The notes under the pieces: model-generated
Told to the model about the DNA's origin: nothing
The model's input: only the letters and a program-made list of their open reading frames with translations
The model's database searches: none
Position numbers and translations under genes: made by a program
Part shown: in pieces, positions 58,473-64,000 of the stretch
Layout: every line of letters starts with the position of its first letter
How positions within the stretch are numbered: the first letter of the stretch is position 1
NCBI GenBank assembly: GCA_020137815.1
Contig: CM035352.1
Location: forward strand, 9,176,001 to 9,240,000
Direction of reading: 5' to 3'
Length of the DNA: 64,000 nt
From: Hormiphora californensis
Taxonomy: Eukaryota; Animalia; Ctenophora

Positions 58473-58916
58473 ACTAGATCCAAAAACCAAACAAGTTTGG
58501 TGGATAGCCGGGGCCGCAGAAATTAAAAAACTTGCGAAAGTTTTGATACATGAACTTTCGGGGCCTGGGGTGCTGTTAAATTCGCGTTTCCATGATCATT
58601 GATCATAACCAGCAACACTTTCAAACTATACGCCAGGAAAACTATTACAATGATCAAATTATCATTATTAATTTATATAACACATTTTCATACATACAGA
58701 TCCACAAATATCACATATAATGTACTGCACACAGTAGGTCGTTTCAGAGTCTGGTTTACAGAATCATAGTGTGTTTTGAAAGAACAGCTGACTATCATGG
58801 AAACGCGAATTTAACAGCACCCCAGGCCCCGAAAGTTCATGTATCAAAACTTTCGCAAGTTTTTTAATTTCTGCGGCCCCGGCTATCCACCAAACTTGTT
58901 TGGTTTTTGGATCTAG
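58473..58916. repeat. ~120-bp perfect inverted repeat around a ~200-bp spacer (MITE-like)
   Basis: ctagatccaaaaaccaaacaagtttgg...cgcgtttccatgat at 58473-58595 and its reverse complement at 58794-58916. Confidence 0.85.
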
Positions 58917-60325
58917 TATCAGGCATTTTTTTATATTAATACTACTATGACATGGGATGGTAATGGTTATGGGATGTGTGTAGTGGAGGCTCTTGCGGTG
59001 TTTTCCGCGCCGTGGGGGCTTCTGCTTGTGTCGCTGGTAACTTCCACCTCTCACATAACAAGTCCGATTCAGTCCACCTCCGCGTGGTCCATCCTGGTAA
59101 CGTCAATCTGTTAAGGGAGAGAGAGAGTGGGTGAGCGAGTTAGAGAGAGTTCTGAGAGAGTGACGGCTAAATGACTACGGACGTCCAGACAACTTCTGGA
59201 TTCTGACTCACGTCAACCCCGCTATATACAGCAACCCCTGAGGGCTCTGCCCGTCGACCCGGCTGCTGTCGCCTGCAAAACAGCTCTCTTGCCCATGGCT
59301 GTCTTTATGACAGGGCAGAGATAAACCCAGTAATAACCAAGTAGGGGCTGGTCGCCCCTGGGGAACCCCTGCCCAAATTTGCACCTAAAAACCTCTGCCT
59401 ATTTAACCCCCACACCCTATTTGTTCCAAAAAACAGATCTAGACACAAAATAACTTACCCTACCACTACTTCAAACGTAACGCACGAAAACGCCATGGTG
59501 AACAAAGTCCGACCCAGGCCGAACAATCTGCGCGCACAGTTCCAAGCCCAAGTTCTAGACTCCTCAGACACACCCTACCCCCCCCCCCCTAATCCCAAGC
59601 TCCGCACATGCGTGATCTCCACACCTACAACAAATCACCGAGCCTCAGACACGCACACCCCAAAACAAGGCAAGTGACAAACCTACAAATCTGAAAGACC
59701 CTTTAGTAGTCAGGGAAAAGCCCATTACAGTTTGGGACACTTAAACAATGGTACCCTTATTCAAATAGCAGACACGCTTACACTGAGACCCCTCGCATTA
59801 ATTACGCGAAGCCTTGAGTGAACTGATACTGGTCAAATGCACTCAGGGACAACCATAGACGTTGTTTTACAGCAACTAATCTATAACCTGGCCACCCGGC
59901 GATGGCAACATCGCCTGACCGGACCCTTGGGTCGTACTTGTGAATACATTACTAGCTAGCTTAGACTACAAGACCCTTGGTGTAAAGATAAGCATTTAAT
60001 CCCTTGATAGGTAATCAATGATATCCGGCAAATCACCTACTTCCACAGTTGTCGTGACAGTGGTAACCAAAGACCAACCAATTGGACGGTAAGTCCCATC
60101 ACATGTCTGCGGGGAAAGATTTCTCCGTGCCAAATCCGACACAGACTCGCATGCTCCTTTTGCGGTACCATAAAGAGACTGCTGGGAAACCAGTGGAATC
60201 TAAGTGGAATCATACCGACAGTGACCCTGCGTGTGGGGGTCACCTGGCAAGGAGTGAGGTCAGTAACGGGCCGGCTGAGGGGTCATCAATAACCTCAGCA
60301 TGGGGTGGAACGACGGGAGGTACTG

Positions 60326-60360
<35 letters not shown>

Positions 60361-62730
60361 CTATGACATGCATTTTGTAATTCTTAATAAACGCAGATAG
60401 GGGATTCACGGACTTTTACAATTGTGGGTAGCCTCATAACAATCGCAGATATAGATATCCAATATCGGATATCAATTGCGAATCACTAATATGATAGTAA
60501 TCGCAGACAACCAATTGCGGATAACTGATCACGAATCCGTTATAAGATATCGCAATCAGTTATCGCGATCTTAGCTATCTGCGATTAGCTACCCGCGATT
60601 GGTAACTACTTACTATAATACTTATTTGCGATAAGTTATCGTGATTAGTCATGTGCGATTACTATTATTTATTAGTTATCAGCGATTGATTATATCCGCG
60701 ATTGGTTCTCCGCGATTATTCTATGATTTTGATTATTAGTCACGGATAATGATCACGGATAAGCATTGATAATCAAATATATTATCTGATACAATCAGGT
60801 TCTAGGAACTAATTCACTCTTTTCTGAAAGGTTTTTAAAATCGTCTTATATTTAAGACAGTCATAACTCTAGATATGACTACCAATTATAACTGAAAATG
60901 CGACAGTAAACCTAATTTTATAAAATAAATCTGATTCAATGTTAATTTAGACTCTGAATCCCTTCTTTCTAGGTGTTTTTTAAATCGTCTTAAATTTAAG
61001 ACAGTCATAAATTTAGATATGACTACCAATTATATCTGAAAATACAGCAGTTGACCAACGTTGGCAAAATATAAATCATAATATCATGATTTATAGTTTA
61101 ATTTGCTAATTTCTAGGTTTTTTTGAAAATCGTCTTAAATCTTAATACAGTCAGATGCCCGTAACTGAAGAACCGTAACTAGGATTTGCTTGAAACTTCG
61201 AACGTGTGTTCAAGATGTCAAGGCAACACCACGTACCAAGCGACGTGTTCGTAGAACGACGGTAAGGCCGTCTTAAACGCCAAACAAAACTTAAGACAGT
61301 CATAACTTTTGTTACGACTGTCTGTTTTCTCTGTCCAAGCTTTAATACAAGGTACACCACTAGACCTACCGACTCCCAAAGTTTCATGGTGATAGCTTTA
61401 AAATTGTGGCCTCCATCGTGTACGCAAAAAAGTGGTTACTTTACGGTCGTTCGTCACGCTAAAAACGGACATTTTGTCTAAAATACGACCATCTGTAGCG
61501 CAAAAACCGTAACTCCGATTTGCATGAAAATTTAAACGTGTGCTCTAGGTGTCAAGGCAACACGAACTACCAAGCGGCATGTTCGTAGGACAACGAGAAG
61601 GTTGTCTAAAACTAAGTTGAAATCGCCGATTTCAGACAATAAGTATAGTAGCGCTGTCAAAATTTTCAAAAATTTTCAAAAAATTCAAAAAAATTTTTTT
61701 CCGCAATTTCGATTTTCCATTCAATGGAAGCAAGAATGCTTGGAAAATGGACATTTTTAAGGGAAGGATGGTTGGGGGAGGGAGGATTGGGCCCCGGGCG
61801 CTTGCCAGCGCTATGATAAGAGATATCAAGTGGTGTATTACACTAAACAACGAGGGCAGATTATTCTAATTATATATGGCCAGATGCAGCACACAAATCT
61901 AGTTGACCTAGCAGGGTAGTGTAATATTTCAATGTCTCGGGTTAAGAATAACAGTCATGGTATGTTCTAACCCTCCCGGGTCGAGCTAGGCAATAACAGC
62001 CATTATGTACTCCAACATTACTGACAGCAACTTGTTGAGTAACTCAACAAACAATAACAAGTCATTAGAGGTGACATGTGAAACCCAGCTGACCCAAATG
62101 AAGAGAGAGACCTGTATCTCATATAGGGACGATGTTATTTGGAGATACCCTCTAGACTTGTTACTCCTTACAATTAACTAGACTGCATAGTTGACATATA
62201 TGTAAACTGAACACAATGGCCAGCCCAGTTATCTAGTATGCCCCGTGGACATTGTCCCCCTGTAGAACTTGTTGGGCGAGGGTCAGACTCAGAGCACTGA
62301 CAGGATAGAACCACGTGTGCTGATTATAGATTGTGTGGCGGAGAACTGCACTTCACATTGGCATATGAGCTACATCGAGGAAGGGACCCCTTACTAAGGG
62401 GTAACAACATACTAGGAGGGTTTATAACAACTAGTAGGTTCATAAAGCCTGGTCTATACTTGTTGAGGGGTGGAGACGTTATAGCGATCATTATGTTGGT
62501 CAAGCAGGGGCAAAACAGTGCAACACGTGACTAGAATCGCATTATTTTACCACAATAGGGAGTGAGAGAGAGAGAGAGAGGGGAGAGAGAGTGAGAGAGA
62601 GAGAGAGTGAGAGAGTGAATCAGTAAATGAGAAAGATGGAAATGCATGGTTAGAGAAAGCGATATGGTTAGAATATAGTTATAGTGCCAATTGTGAATAG
62701 AACCTGCTCTCCCCTCTCTCTCTCTCTCTT

Positions 62731-62783
<53 letters not shown>

Positions 62784-63537
62784 GCCGACTGCTTGGGTTT
62801 TGTAATCTTGAGATTAAAATTGAATTTGTGGCTCTCAGCTCACAACTGGGTGCGAAGACACTGCATTTACTTGTCTGAGTAGACACCACCACCATCCACT
62901 AGGAGAGAGAGAGAGAGGGACACCCCCCCCCCCCCTTTGCATCATCAAGTAGAGAGGGGGTAATGGAGGGCTGTGATTGGCTGGCTAGCATGTCACGTGA
63001 TCACTGCGGGTAAATTTCAAATGAATGCCCCTTCTACCGCAGCTCAGCACATGTTGCATTTTGAAATGAACGTGTATTTTCCACCACAACGAAAATTAAT
63101 TTCTTTTTCCAATTTTCCACCACTGAAATATATAGCTCACTACGTGCCACTACGGAAAAGTGGTCCTCTTAATTCGGAGAAAAAATGAAATGGCACTGCC
63201 ACTGTCTAGACAGACATGTCTCTGGGATCTAGTTATTCGAGATTTGAGAGGGATGATGAATGACGTGGAAATTATTGTGACTTGAGTTTGGGAGTTATGT
63301 AGTGGCCAGTAGACAGAACACAAAGACCAAATAATCATGTGAAACACATTTATCATTATGATGCAGTTTGTTGAGTAAGATGCAGTGGGGAGCTGTCAAA
63401 CAACTAGTCCAACTACAGCTGATTGAAAATAACGTATAGATTGACTAGTAGTCAGGTAAAAAGTATGCTTCTCAGGATGAGAAACAGAACTTGTTTATTG
63501 GTCAGCAACGCGGTGGTATTGTACGTTTTTCATCATT

Positions 63538-63574
<37 letters not shown>

Positions 63575-63583
63575 TCTCCTCCT

Positions 63584-63657
<74 letters not shown>

Positions 63658-64000
63658 CACTCTGGCCACCCTCGTCATCCCTGGGAAATGGTAAATAAAC
63701 GTTATTGGATCAGTGCAGGGTGGTTTTGCTGCTACTTGTCACATGGTACGATTGGAAAATGGATACAAGTGCAGCTCTTTAGTCATGCACAGTGTCATTC
63801 GGACTCACTCAACAACTCACACAGCTGGTTGACAGAAACTATTCCATGATGCCTGTCGACGTCTTTCCGGACAAACACAGACGTCGATAGTAATACAGTC
63901 AATGGACATGCCCATCATATATGTCACACGCACCTTGCCACACTTTAATTTGATCATTGTTCGGAACGCGCCGTGCAATTTCCGAGATGATCATTGCGCG

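Noticed and set aside
58940-59107. Possible upstream PRDM6 coding exon
   Set aside because: It has a good acceptor, but I could not find a frame with both a start and a phase-compatible donor; left unannotated.
59150-61850. Possible retroelement or Helitron remnants and short ORFs
   Set aside because: Internal repeats (taagacagtcataa x4, atcgcgat-rich tract) are visible, but I could not establish termini, a TSD or a protein motif.

Overview
This is eukaryotic, intron-rich, microsatellite- and MITE-rich animal DNA. It is most likely a ctenophore, because a 42-nt stretch at 27906-27947 matches the ctenophore trans-spliced leader (SL) as I recall it. I reconstructed five spliced genes by hand: the 5' part of a Shaker-family Kv channel (-, runs off the left edge, partly in low-quality sequence), a secreted protein with four tandem pentraxin domains (+), a secreted Sema-PSI semaphorin with a polybasic tail (-), a PRDM6-like PR/SET + C2H2 gene (-), and a 3-exon rhodopsin-class GPCR (+) nested antisense in a 15-kb PRDM6 intron. 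There are two non-LTR retrotransposons with open ORFs. (1) A full-length APE-RT LINE starts with the spliced leader fused exactly at the leader's terminal AG, suggesting a retrotransposon whose RNA is SL trans-spliced and whose new copies regenerate their own acceptor; its ORF2 has no AUG before the endonuclease domain and overlaps ORF1 in the -1 frame. (2) A 5'-truncated HERO/NeSL-like RT-RLE element sits inside the TIR of a 9-bp-TSD DNA element, which supplies part of its ATG; its 3' UTR holds a permuted, pseudoknotted hammerhead-like motif. The rest is hAT, Kolobok-like, Tc1-like, Helentron and Helitron non-autonomous elements, satellites and several short dispersed motifs. Most ORF-track entries are repeat artefacts. 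All family assignments come from motif recognition, not database searches.
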